A stretch of 64,000 nucleotides of DNA, from assembly GCA_951406725.2 (NCBI GenBank), contig OX597825.1, positions 45,942,001 to 46,006,000 of the forward strand, read 5' to 3'. The DNA is from Octopus vulgaris (Eukaryota). Positions within the stretch are counted from its first letter, which is position 1; each line of letters begins with the position of its first letter. The translations under genes and the position numbers were made by a program. The notes under the pieces are model-generated. The model was not told where the DNA came from. It worked only from the letters and a program-made list of their open reading frames with translations, and did not search any database. Shown piece after piece: positions 39,259 through 52,736 of this stretch.

Positions 39259-39539
39259 TAATCTGTATTTTTGTTATTTTTTATTTGCCCTGTCCGTGTG
39301 AGCTAACAATCGTACTGACTTTCATGGGAAACATGTATTTTCGTGGTTGAAACCTTTTGGATTAACTGGTGCTAGAGTGAGCCATATAGTGACCACTCTC
39401 TTATATTTATTTTATATATATATATATAATATATTATAATACAAGGAGAAAATGGTGAGTTTACTTTACTTAGGTCTGACTTACCCTGGCAAATTAACCT
39501 TAGGCTATTATTGATAAATAATTCTTAAGAAAATATTAA

Positions 39540-40370
39540 GGTTGCAACTTTGGTCAAACACACAGGAAGTAATACACTGATTTAATAGAATTGAAAACAA
39601 AAAAAAGAAACAAGTTTTTGCAAATTGATATAGATAAAATGTTATTCTTCAATTAACCCTATATTATTAAACAAAGCCTTTTTGTTCACTAAATGAAATT
39701 AACATTATCTTAACAGCCAGAAAAACAGTAATTAAATTTGACAACCAACATTGGGTTAGAAAGGATACTAATCATAGCTTTGATATAACAATGGGATCAG
39801 CTGATTCAGCACAAGTCACTGATTTAGTGGGTATATATATTTTATCCAACTTATATAGAGATTTTCCTGAGCTTGTTGGGGTGGTTGTACAGGGATGACA
39901 CACTTTTTACTCTTAGAAACCTATCTAATACAAAATTATAATTATATAAAAAGAAATTTCATAAATTCTTTAAAAAACATTGGACTATCTGTTACTATTG
40001 AGAATGAACATAGTTCAGTTAACTTCCTAGGTGTGAACCTAAACATTATCACTGAGAAGCATAAACCCTACCATAAACCAAACACCAGTATAAGGTATAT
40101 AAATGTTGGAAGTAACCATCCTAGATCTGTCACAAATTTTTTGGTCTCGAATATTTCAAGAAGAATATCCTATCTATCATCTTGAGGAGATGTTTAATAA
40201 TATAGATTATTATAACTTTGCACTTATAAAAGCTGGTTATAAACAAATGCTAAAATATTACGAACCAAACAATAATTACTGTAATAGGAATAACTTGCAT
40301 AAATTAGTAGGCAACCAAAAATCTAAATACTCTATGAAAATAGGCATTGTGGTTTTAATAAATATGCACT
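39540..40370 (+). mobile_element. Penelope-like (Naiad-like) RT remnant
   Basis: FDITMGSADSAQVTDLVGIYIL, YRDD, VNFLGVNL, PYHKPN..YINVGSNHP. Confidence 0.85.
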
Positions 40371-40739
40371 AAATAACAAAAAAGAGAGATGGAGAAACCA
40401 AATTCAACTAATTCTGGGATATGCCATTTAGTTTTATTTTTATGAAGTTTATTATTATGGCTTTGTGTTCCATCTGCTTTATTGACTTTAGCCCTCTTTA
40501 TTTTTTATTTTTGTATTCAGAATTATTACTGTTATAGATATTGTTGTAAAACATAGCTTTTGGTCCTTTGCTTTTATGATTAGATTTTAGATTTACTTGC
40601 TCTGTATTATTATCGTTCATACCATACAAGTTTTGTTCACTAATTTCAGCGATAACAATACAGAGCAAGTAAATCTAAAATTTAATCATAAATTTTAGAA
40701 GTGATATTATTTAAGCAGGAGTAACTCATCTTGATGTTA

Positions 40740-41910
40740 TGTGAGTTGAAGTTCTAATAATACTTGTAGTCTCTGGGGAAATGTTTCTTAACAACAGGAA
40801 GCTCCTAGCTACGTTGGTGGAAACTTCAAAGTTAAACGGAAGGTTGACCCAGATTATCTTTCACTTTCTGGTCTTCCTCACCAATGCATCATTGTAGTAG
40901 AGCCAGCTCTGTTGGAGACCTCCCCATCAGCCGAAAGCTTGGATATTTTTCTGCTAATACCTGAGACTAGATCTCTAATTACAGCAGCAGTTGGGGTGAT
41001 TTGAGCTTTTGTGGATTTATACAGTTTCCTGTAAGGATAGTACTTGCTTGCTTTCAGGTCTAGGGTCACGTTTAGGAAGTCGACTGAATCCAAGTTAGTG
41101 GAAACTATTATGGACAGGCCGAATTCTTTGAATATTTGTATCAGGTCTTTCCAAAACTTATCCATAGTGTAGCTATTCATATGCTGACATTTTCAGACTG
41201 TCATCCCTGAAAAGGGCCGATGTATGTAGATACATGAGTTTCTTGAGAGTATCCAAGATAAATAACCCAATTAGATCTTTGAAAGTGACTAATGTAACGT
41301 CGTAAAGTTGGTAAGGTTTTGGTATCATTCTTAACCCTTCCTCAAATCTTTAGAGGACTATAAGGCAAAAATTATGCAATCACCTAATGTACATATCCTC
41401 ACAGATGAAACATAGAACGTTTATGAAACAAACATCCCCACACATGCAAGGCTTCTCTCAAACATGTTCACCAAGACATACAACGAAGCTAGCACCTCTG
41501 CATACAATGACATAAATACAGAAGTGAAGGAGCTGGTCATCCTCCTTGATATAGAGGACCAGTGGAGGCTTTGCCACATGAGTCCTACATAAATACACTT
41601 AAGGATCACAAGCCTAATTTTCTCTTCAAACTCAGATGCTGACTGATCAACCCCTCTAGAGGTAAGATAGGCATCATCAGTAAGTACATTCTTAATATCA
41701 TCAACTCTCATATTAGGAGGGCCACAGAGTTAAGTCAATGGGATTCCAGTGCAGCTGTGATCAACTAGTTCTGTGGTATTGAGAACAAATCATCCTGTAG
41801 ATTCACACAGTTTGACATCATAGAAAAAAAGCGATCCACTGTTTCTATGGAGAACTATAATGGAGCTGAGATCATCAACCTTATTGAGTTATTTCATCTT
41901 GGATTCCCTC
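40740..41910. mobile_element. Penelope-like (Naiad-like) RT remnants in opposite orientations
   Basis: Minus 40878-41280: VDFLNVTLDL..YYPYRK. Plus 41400-41900: LKDHKPNF..LINP..IGIISKYIL..QFDI. Confidence 0.75.
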
Positions 41911-43106
41911 ATGAAATGCATGCACCCACATATGTTGGCCCCTTTACAAGGTCACATTCTCCACCAACCTGCAGTATCTATTAACAGGAAATATGAACTT
42001 CTTACTTCTGCTATCAGAAGTGCACCCCCCTGGTGAACTTCAAAACATTGGTTGCCAACAGCCTTAACATCAGTTGCTCCTCAACACTGGCTGCTCCACA
42101 ACTAAGAACAGGGTTCCTAACTATCAAAGCCTATGCAGACTACAGGCTGACCCCCCACCTTATGCATACCCCGTACACCCCTACATTCACCTCCATAAAT
42201 ATGGTGTGTGTATGCAAAGACATGCACACACATGTACATCTATGTATACACACACACACAAGTATACATGCTCACACAAACACGCACACACGCACACATC
42301 TATGTACATATATTTCTCTTCTCTCACCCTCCACACCACCAAACCTCAGCCTATATCCCCACTCTCAGCAATGCTGTTGCAACTACACTAGCATACATCT
42401 GTAAAATCTGTACATGTAAATACCGAAAGCATGAACCTATATATATACACACACACACATACAAACACTTGCACACATGTTCTTCCAGGCAAACACAAAT
42501 GCATTTATAGTTTTATGCACAAATGCAAGAATGCACATACTTATGCATACACACCCATAATACATTGTAAATACATTTGCACAAGCATGCATTTACAGCA
42601 GGCACTAATGCATGCATATTCATATGCAGATACACATGCAGACACAATCATACAACCAATAACTCAACCACATTCATACACTCATACACCTGCTATACAT
42701 ACACACGCGCACACTCTCACCAGCTTTGCTTCTGTTAGCTTCCAAGTCGTCACTACAAAGGCCCATTAGACACCTTGGCACCACCAGCATCCTTTCCAGT
42801 CATGTGATCCGAGAAATTCTGCATTCTGATGCATCAGGTGTTACTGAAATGCCAATCTCAGTTCTAAAAACTCCATGTGACCTACCTTGACCAATAGCAG
42901 TCCATTTTTCAGTAGTCAACCTGGACTTCCAGGAGCCATTGTGACATTCTGTATTTTTTATAATTCAGTAATCTGATTTTGAATGAGGTAGGTTTCTGTT
43001 AGAAGCCTGTAAGTCACATGGAGTCAAACCAAACTGTTTTAAATAATAACATTCATAACTCATACTGAATGTGTTGAGTACCCTTTTCTTTCATTTATCC
43101 ACTCAC

Positions 43107-43146
<40 letters not shown>

Positions 43147-43172
43147 TCATCATCATCATCTTTTAATATTCA

Positions 43173-43207
<35 letters not shown>

Positions 43208-43209
<2 letters not shown>

Positions 43210-43565
43210 CTAGACTTACTACCCAGCGTTGCCTGGTAAAGTATTCATGGAACTGTTTGCCATTTTGTAGAATAGGAATTCATGATACTTATGCATGTAT
43301 ATATTTAACCTAACTTCTGGACTTATTTAATTGGAACTATCCAAACTATAGCAATCAATTTACATGAGTAGAAGCTATTTTTTAACAATTTTTATCCTGA
43401 AAATCACCTGTTACTTTTGTTTTAAAGTGAAAGAGAGGAGAAAGTGAAAGATGTATGAACGTGTATATGAAGTGTGTGTGAGAGAGACAGAGAGAGAAAG
43501 ATAGAGTGAGAGAGACAAAGAGAGTGTGCCACTTACACATATATGAGAACACACAAGTTCACTCA

Positions 43566-43601
<36 letters not shown>

Positions 43602-44200
43602 CACATGTACATACAAAAAAGATGTACGCATATGTATTGATGTATGTACATATACATGACAACACATCCCTTCACTCACCCACGCTCTCTTTCTCTCTCT
43701 CTCTCTTTCACACACACATACACATCCATTTCATATATGCATACATGCATCTTTCACTTTCTTCTCTCTTTCATTTTAAAACAAAAGTAAATGAATAAAG
43801 ATTTTTTATGGAAATTAATGAACTCCAGATTATGAAATTTTGTATGTTAAAAAGTCAACAGTTTTTTTTTTCTTAGAGAGCACGAAGACCGAGTGTCTAT
43901 ATGTCACAGATAGTGGACATGTGTTTGTGTTGATTGACTCACCATGACATTCATTATGTGTGTGTATTCTGTATGTGTGTATGTGTGTTGACATCATTGT
44001 AGCCATATATTTTTTCATCAAGAAATGACAAAAATTGTGTTTAATCATTTAAATAGAGGTCCAAATATCGCAAAAATTTGTACTGCACTGCCAAAAGTAA
44101 GTATGAAAATAAATATGTAAAAAAAATCAAGATAAAATATACTATTTCTGAGATATTTCAGTTATACACAAACATCCCTAGAGCTTTAATATTATCAAGA
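43208..44200 (+). mobile_element. Possible non-autonomous Helitron/Helentron-like element with an internal inverted repeat
   Basis: 5' actag...acccagcgttgcctgg and 3' ...gctttaatattatcaagat ends; internal IR 43411-43453 / 43748-43790. Confidence 0.45.
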
Positions 44201-44351
44201 TGATATATGTGTATGTCTCTTCTATTTTTTTAATTATTAGAAATCTACTAAGGAGGGAGCTGGTTTCCAACAAAGATATAAGGCTCCATCTTTGGAATGT
44301 AGTTAACACTACATGGAATATTCCCATCAAAACTTCTGTCAAATGTAAACA

Positions 44352-45340
44352 CATCCAGCCTGCTATGTTTACATTTGACAGAAGTTTTGATGGGAATATT
44401 CCACCAGTATTCCTTGAGTTTGTGTTTATGAATGTATTCCATGACAGGGATTTTCTAAGCTTGTTTCAAGACAGTCTTTTTTGCAGATAGCATTGTAAAC
44501 TGTTTTAGCAACAACATCATGCTACATAGGGAGGTAGTACCACGATGACATCTTAGGACGGCTGCTAATCACATGTGTGATGTCATCCACAGGAACATGA
44601 CATAGCCTGCACATGCAGTTGCACCTTGAGATTACAAGAGTGTCACTGTCTCCCTTGTTCACCAGGTACTTTATCGCAATCTCCTGTTCCTGGATTGCAA
44701 ACGCATAGCCTTCAAAGTGTGACGTGATGTAGTGGTCTTGTGTCCAAGAGAGGCTGCACTTCATGTCCATTCTACTGTCTTCATCAAGCTTCCGGGTAAC
44801 ATACCCACGTATAGTCTTTTTTTGTATACTGATGCTTTCCATCCAGGTCTTCTCTGAGGTAAGACAACCCAGCTCTCTTGGGGCTGTATAGGAGATCATC
44901 AGGAAGAGAGTGCTGCTTGAGGAGCTCACTGCCAACTCATACAATGTTGCTCACTTCCCTTTTCAGCACTGCATTTATATATTTATTTTTGCTGCTGTTG
45001 TTTAGCAGGTGCTGCCTGAGTGATACTATACGGTATTCGAAGGCTGTCTGCACTGATCTCAGGCCTCTACCATCTTCATTTCTTCTTAGGTAGAGCCTGT
45101 CAACATCACTGTTTCTGTGGAAGTTCCCAACTGTTGTCAGGATTTTGCGGGTTTTGATATCTATGGAGTGGATTTCCTCTAGACCAATCAAGTATCCCGA
45201 ATGTTGGGATCAGTACTGGTACTGCAAATGCATTGTAGGATATTGCTTTGTTGTAAGAGGAGAATTCCACCTGCCATATTTTCCTAAGTCTGGTGTAATA
45301 TTCTTGGGTCACTTTATCTTTATTCACAGTGCCTTCATAT
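44352..45340 (-). mobile_element. R4/Dong-like (REL endonuclease) LINE fragment
   Basis: AFAVPVL, DVDRLYL.RNEDGRGL, AIQEQEI, CRLC....DDITHVIS, HDVVAK. Confidence 0.85.
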
Positions 45341-45341
45341 G

Positions 45342-45372
<31 letters not shown>

Positions 45373-45429
45373 TGTATGTATGTATGTATGTATGTATTTA
45401 TATATGTGTGTGTCTGTGTGTCTGTATAA

Positions 45430-46045
45430 AACATACTGCACATAATTTGTACACCATATGCATTAAAGGTTGTTGACTGGCAAAATGATTTACCTCCAAT
45501 CTTGTTCAGGTATGTGATGTTGATAAGCCACAAAAATGGTGAAACATCAGTGTTCATCACTCCTGAATGGGATTTGGGTTGAGCTGTTTTAACACATGGC
45601 ACTTTGAAAGATTATTCTTCACCATGCCAAATTGGAGCCTACAAATTGGAGGCATATATGTTAAATATGTGTGATTGATAATGTTTATTACACTAGTGCT
45701 GCTTCTATTTCATATTTGAATTTATTCTTGTCTGGGCATTCTCACACATAGTTTGCATGCTATATGTGGATAGGTTGTGGACTGGTGAAATGATTTATCT
45801 CTGATCTTGTTCAGGTATGTGAACAAAAATTGCAAAACATCAATGTCAATCACTCCACGATAGGATTAGAGGTGAGTTATCTTACCTGTCCATGACTTTC
45901 AGGTGTTTTAACACCTGGCACTTTGGGAGAGTATTTTCCACCATGCCAAATTGCACCCCGCTGACAAATATACAAAGCATATATGTTAAGCATATGTGAC
46001 TGATAATGTTTATTACACTAGTGTTGCTTCTATTTCATGTTTGAA
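45430..46045. repeat. Diverged ~300-bp tandem duplication
   Basis: gactgg..aaatgattta..tcttgttcaggtatgtga ... gataatgtttattacactagtg occurs twice. Confidence 0.7.
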
Positions 46046-46090
46046 ATATGTATGTATGTATGCTTGCATATATGTATGTATATGTATGTA

Positions 46091-47370
46091 TCAGGTCATC
46101 CCATAAATTCTGTCCAATTTTACCTGTTTTAGAATTGAATGAAATTTAATAGTATTTCAGAATGTTTAATGGAATTAAAAATTATTTTTATGCATTTGTG
46201 TACATTTAAATTAATTAAATATTCTTTTACAGAATAATAGAATTAAAATTTCTTTGATTAAAACCCTTTATAACTTGGAAGTATCCAAAGAACATTTAAG
46301 GCACATAATGCTTTATGAGTACAAACATGGAAACTCTGCAGCCAAAGCAACTCAAAACATACACTCAGTTTATGGGAAAAAATACTAGAATGAAAGAACT
46401 TGCAGAAGATGGTTTGCAAAATTCAGAAGTGGAGATTTCAACCTTGAAGATGAAGATCGAACAGGACGTCCAGTTGAGTTTGATTATAAGCTCTTTGAGG
46501 CATTACTTGAAGAAAATCCTGCATTATCAGTTGAAGAATTGGTAATAAAGCTTAGTTCAAACCATACAACTGTTCATCATCATCTTTAACAACTTGGAAA
46601 GGTTCCTAAACTTGGAAAATAGGTGCCTCATGAATTGTCCGAAAACAACCACAAATCCCAAGTTGACATCTGCTCTTCTCTCCATTCTACCCAACTCATT
46701 TCACCCTTTTTGGATAGACTTGTGACAGGTGATGAAAAATGGATCTTCTATTGAAATGTTAAACATCATAAACAGTGGTTTAGTAAAAGGGAAAAAGCTC
46801 AACCACAACCAAGAAGGGAACTTCATGGAAAAAAGGTTCATCTCTCTATCTGGTGGGATTGCACAGGATTAATTCACTTTGAATTGTTACCACCTAATGC
46901 AACAATCAATGCTCAAGTCTACTGTCAGCAATTAGAGCATTTGAACCAAGTTTTGAAGAAAAAAAAGACCCGCTTTAGTAAATCGAAAAGGAGTGATGTT
47001 TCATGAGTGACCCCACATTGCAAAGATCACATCACAGAAGATCGAAGAGCTTGGTTGGGAAAAAATTTCTCATCCACCTTATTCTCCTGACCTTGCTTCT
47101 TCAGACTACCATTTGTTTTGTAGTTTACAGAATCATTTGGGGGACATAACTTTTGCAAGCCAGAAGGAGGTCAAAACTGACATTTCAGAGTTCTTCGTTT
47201 TGAAACCAAAAGAGTTTTATATTGATGGGATTAAAAAGCTTGTAAATAGATGGAAGGAAGTCATAGATAATCAGGGAAAGTACATTGATGATTAAATTTC
47301 AATTAAATATAACATTTGATCACTTGTTTTCTTTATTCAAAATTCAGACAGAACTTATGGGATGACCTGA
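46091..47370 (+). mobile_element. Mariner transposon, full length (1280 bp), decayed
   Basis: TIRs tcaggtcatcccataa / ttatgggatgacctga with TA TSD; VTGDEKWI, HPPYSPDLASSDYHLF. Confidence 0.95.
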
Positions 47371-47733
47371 TATATACAGATCCTTCTTACATTTCACATT
47401 CTCCCTCCATTATTTTGATAGGTGACCTGTCCTTAAGTAAATATTAACCTACACAATGTACAGCTATCTTAAACTTCATTTACAACTTTCCAATATATTT
47501 CTTTGAACTTGGTTTTGCATGAAATGTCAGAAGTTACCTTTACTTGTTGCACATCATATTTTTTTTCATTTTTTTAGTCAACAGAGACAGACTGCTATCA
47601 GTCTATTTTAAGGACCATGTGGTGATAACTATTTTTATTATAAACAATCTTTCTTTAATATTAAATATTGTAGGACAGCTTTGTGCCAGAGTCTTAAAAC
47701 TTCATTAGTTAATAATTATTTTTAATTTTTCAG

Positions 47734-47848
47734 GCACATTACAGCTATTGAAGAAAAGATGCCTACAGATCACATGCTTAAGCCGCAAAAACCAAATCCG
47801 TGGGTAGAAGACCAATCAAAAGGTGGTGGGGGATGTCTCTTAGTGTAA
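47734..47848 (+). CDS. G-protein gamma subunit, coding exon 2 ((L)HITAIEEKMPTDHMLKPQKPNPWVEDQSKGGGGCLLV*)
   Basis: Acceptor ttttaatttttcag ends at 47733; CT+G completes Leu. NPW motif, CAAX box CLLV, TAA at 47846-47848. Spliced product is 87 aa. Confidence 0.93.
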
Positions 47849-48690
47849 AAAAAAATCTGTCTACAAAATATCAATTTACCACTTTGTGCACAAAAAGGTT
47901 AGTTTTCTAGTCTTTGGCCATAGTTTGGTGAGTTAGAATATTCAAGAGTCAAAAATATTCAATTTTGTTTTGCTAAGTTACCTGATTTGAAATTGAATTT
48001 TTTGAAAAGTATCTTCTGTATTAAAACAACTATCAAAAATATGTAATTAGAATAAAATATTTCTAAAAATATTACCTGCTATTAAGCAACTAACAAAAAT
48101 ACAACCCAATGATTGTTAATGCATATCTATGTGTTTTTGTGTAATAAAATAATTTAACTCTAGTGTTGATTTTTACAAGTGACTTTAAAACATTTATTGT
48201 TCAATTATCAAGACAACTTACGTAACTATAATGGTTCTATATACAAATAGAGAAGCATTAGAGAAGTAATATAAAATGCAGAACTACCATTTTTCAATTC
48301 AACCAGAATGTTTGTCAGTTTTATAAAATTTAAAAACAATTTTCAAAATATAAAAGCAAGGTTAGTTTTAGATATATAAAATGATCTTTTGAGTCCATTT
48401 GAAAAAAAATTAACTCCTTTTTTATTATGATGTCATTCTAATAAACAAACTGTAAAATCGCTGCTATCAATTTGGTGATAGGGAATGCTTGCAGTATATA
48501 CAATCCTTACATAAAGTGTGAAACTTTGTTCTTTCTCATGAAACAGCATCACATAAACTTAAACTTGTAGCAGATTGGCTGTATAGTCCAGATAAAGCAT
48601 GAAGCAGAGTTATTATTTTGCATGTATCTTTCTTGTGCTTGACGCAACATAATTGAGAGAAATTTTTCTTTCTTTCAAGTTTTGAATAAA
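47849..48690 (+). other. Probable G-gamma 3' UTR with candidate polyadenylation signals
   Basis: Unique AT-rich sequence after the stop codon; AATAAA at 48051, 48143, 48440 and 48685. The true end is unknown. Confidence 0.45.
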
Positions 48691-50239
48691 ATTTTGCTTC
48701 ATATTACATATAATAAATTTTAATTCCTAACCATTTTTCAATTATTTCCAAAATAACCTGATATTAACACATTTATGTTGACATCATAAGCTCAGTATGT
48801 TATAGAGATATGTTTAAATTGGACCATAAACTCAAACATTAGACTCATTTGAATATAGTCACTTTCTTTGAAAACATCATAACTCCTGTTGTATTGGTTA
48901 CAGTCCACTTAAACTGAACTTGTAACTTAAGACCTTATCTTTATTGTAATATCAAAAAGTAAACTTCTTTTAAAAGGATTTCAAAGGATGATGAGCAAAT
49001 AAACTTTGAAAGTTTGGCATCAGATAAGAACCCAAGGTACTTAGTAGTAGTGTTTCCCTTTGTAGAAGGCTTCACTAAAATATTAGAACTCTCTTCCAGC
49101 AAACTTACCAAAATTTTAAAACTTCACTGAGATATGAAGTTTTAAGATTCCACATTTCTTGATTATCAAGTTAATATAAATATTTTAAAGAGAATATTAA
49201 ATATTGCATTCAAGACAACCAATCAAAGAGTCAGATAAGGAAAAGCTAATAAAAAAAATTGATTCCTAAACACTGATAATTGAGATAAAAGAGCCTTGTA
49301 TCTGGAAATTTTAAGAACAAATTTATCATTTTGGCAAAAATAATTTCCAAGCTAGAGATTCAACATCTTTATCAACAATTTAACAATGTTTTGACCATGC
49401 CAATAAACCCAATTTACACAAACATTCTCAGATTGAATTTCCCGATGTGTATCTACAGTCAGTTTGCAGCACTTTGATGGATATTTATAGCTTCAATGAT
49501 AATTTCTTGATTTAGGATCATTAAGATGCAATGTAATAAAGCTAATTTACATTCATTAAGATACGTAATTTGGTAATTGATTAAGGGTAACATAGTCAAT
49601 GTTTGCTGTATGGATAACTGACAACAGCTTCGAGAAGAAAGCCAAGCTAGAAGTACTTTTGGACAAGAATGATTATCAGCAATGTGTGATATAAAAACTG
49701 CTATTTTAGAGAGAGACATGCAGATAGGCTAGCTGTCAGTGAGGAAAGAGTCATTTACAAAAAACAAGTGCAAAATTAATGTAAATGTCAAACTTTTGAA
49801 GCGCTGTGATTACTTCAGATTATCACTGTTAGTATTGGGTTAAGTCAACATAATGGGTTGGCAGAACAGCATTGGAATTGCAGTGACAATATTCTAAAAA
49901 GGAAGAAATGCTCTGGCCTTCAACCGAGGAAAAAAAGTGTTATCATCCTTGAAATGCAAATATAAGCTGGAAAATAGGAAGGCAAAAAAAAAAGTTAGGC
50001 ATTAATTCTCCTGCCAGTCACACACACACACACAGCCACGAGAATATCATTTATTGGGCTTAACACTGCTGCTGATTCATTGGTTGATCATGTACATCAT
50101 TTTCCAAGAGTAAGGAACTCATATATTTGAATTTTTGGGGGTATGCCCACTTCCAATTTCTTCAATATATTCAAAGAAATTCTCAAAATATTCATATATA
50201 CTTGCTTTTCACTTTTGATATTAGTCAGAAAGCATTTAT

Positions 50240-51990
50240 GAGCATCTTGACAACCAGAATTTACTTCCAGAGGAACAGGAAGGTTAAAGGAATGCACGAT
50301 CTATTATACATAGAGAAAATAGTTCTAAAGGAAGCGAGATCTAGAAAGAAAAATTTAACAATGGCTTAGATAGATTATAAGAAAACCTATAACATGATAC
50401 CACATTCATGGATAAGTGAATGAGTATATTCAGTACTTCCGACAACATAAGAAATTTAATTAGTTATAACCTGAAGAAATGGAAAGTAAATCTTACTCAG
50501 GTGATACAGCCAGAGGGAAAGTTAATATCAAGAGGAAAAATTAACCATTTACATGGATGATCTGAAGCTTTTTAGTAAGAATAAAAAAGAGATAGATCCT
50601 TTAATACAAACAGTAAAACTCTTCAGCAAAGATGTGAGTATGGAATTTGGTGGCATAGATAATCATTGTGCAATATTAGTCAGCTGTGAAGGCATTCAGT
50701 TACCAGATGACCAGACATTAAAATCACTGAAAGATGGAAAAAATTATAAGTATGTAGGTGTATTAGAATCTGACAGAATACTAACTATAAAAATGAAAGA
50801 GAAAGTTAAGAAGGAGTACCTTAGAAGTGTGAGGAAATTAATGAAGTTAAAGCTAAATGGTCCAAATTTAGCTTTAACTGTAAATACTCGAGCAGTATCA
50901 CTACTTAGATATTCATCAGTTTTTGTAGACTGGGCAAAATCTGAAATAACAATTCTAGACAGAATTAGAAGGAATTCAATATGAGTGGAGTCCGTCATCC
51001 TAGAGTAGGAGTAGTAAGAGTGTATTTACATAAAAAGAGAAGTAGTAAAGGTTTAATATCAGTAGGAGACTGTGTGGAGTTAGCTAGAGTATATATAGCT
51101 TCCTATGTATGTAATAGTGAGAAAGTTTTATTGAACTACTAGTGTAACAGTAGGACATAGGGAAAGTAAAAAGCCAAATGTAGTTAAAAGCCAAAAAAGA
51201 AAAAAAGCAAGATTATCTGATTGGCAAGGGAAAGCTTTGCATAGTAGATTTCCAAACATAGTTGCAGAAAATAGTAATAGTGAGGTATGGTTGTGGTTGC
51301 AGAAAGGAAGACTGAAGAAGGAGACAGAAAGGTTGTGTTATCTGCAGCACAAGATTAGGTACTGAAGACTAACTAGATAAAAACGAAGATAGACAAATTC
51401 CCAATATAGAGTATGTAAAACAAATGAAGAAAGTGTTACTCACATATTTAGTGAATGTAGTATGCTGGCACAGAAAGAATACAAGAAAAGACATGACAAC
51501 CTACAGTGAGTAATCCACTGGGAGTTATGTAGAAAGCTAGGATTTGACCATACTGATAAGTGGCATGAACATGAACCTAGTAAAATGCTACAAGTAAGAA
51601 GTATAAGACAGTGTGAGATTTTAACATCCAGACTGATAGAGTAATAGAGGCTAGAAGGCCTGATTTAGTTGTAGTAGACAAAGGGAATAGAAAATGCCAG
51701 GTAATTGATTTTACAGTCCCAAATGGTGAGAAAGTCAATATAAGAAGTATAAGGAAAATAGCAAAGTACCAGAACCTGGCCATTGAGTTATAGAGGCTAT
51801 GGAAAGTGTGCATAAAATGTATCTCTGTAGTTATAGGTGCATTAAAAACTATTCCTAAAGATTTGAGCAGATGGACAGAGAACATGTGCATAAAATTTAG
51901 TTTAGTGCTGCTCCAGAAAACAGTACTGTTAGGGACTGCTAGGATACTTAAGAAGGCTCTTGAGATCCAAGGTTAATTGTTGTAGCCTGA
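50240..51990 (+). mobile_element. R4/Dong-like LINE (RT, CCHC, REL), decayed
   Basis: IDYKKTY..IPHSW, YMDDLKLF, VTHIFSEC..LAQKEYKKRHD, IEARRPDLVVVD. Confidence 0.88.
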
Positions 51991-52035
51991 TGGTAGGAAT
52001 ATTTTCCAACAGTTTAATCTGTTGTGCATATAGTA

Positions 52036-52736
52036 ATGATGATGATGATGATGATGATCATCATCATCATCATCATCATCATCATGATCATCATTTAGCA
52101 TCCGCTTTCCATGCTAGCATGAGTTGGACGGTTCAACTGGGGTCTGGGAAGCCAGAAGGCTGCACCAGGCCCAGTCTGATCTGGCAATGTTTCTACAATT
52201 GGATGCCCTTCCTAACGCCAACGACTCCGTGAGTGTAGTGGGTGCTTTTTACGTGCCAGACGGGGCTGGCAACGGCCACGATCGGATGGTGCTTTTTACG
52301 TGCCACCGGCACGGAGGCCAGTCGGGGCGGTGCTGGCAACGGCCACAGTCGGATGGTGCTTTTTACGTGCCACCGGCATGGGGGCCAGGCAAGGCTGGCA
52401 ATGGCCACGATCGGATGGTGCTCTTTACGTGCTACCGGCAGGGAGGCCAGTTGGGGCAGTGCTGGCAACAGCCACAATCGGATGGTTCACTTACATGCCA
52501 CCGGCACTGGTATCACAGCTGCAATTTCCATTGATGTTGATCGACTTCGATTTTGGTTCTGATTTCTGATTTCCACTTGCCTCAATGGGTCTTCACAAGT
52601 GGAGTTTTGTGTACCAAGAAGGAAAGGTATGCATAAGTTGACTGGCTACATCCCAGGTAGAGGCCACGGGTTATGGTCTCACTAGTCCTGTCGGGTCTTC
52701 TCACGCATAGCATACTTCCATAGGTCTCGGTCTCTA
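52036..52736 (-). mobile_element. RTE 3' end
   Basis: RDRDLWKYAMREKTRQD*, 3' UTR subrepeats and (GAT)n tail. Confidence 0.9.

Larger units (their letters stand above)
37226..39414. repeat. ~535-bp tandem array (starts 37226, 37762, 38297, partial 38735) followed by an inverted unit (38951-39414), inside (TA)n
   Basis: Near-identical units read directly from the sequence; periods 536 and 535 bp. Confidence 0.95.
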
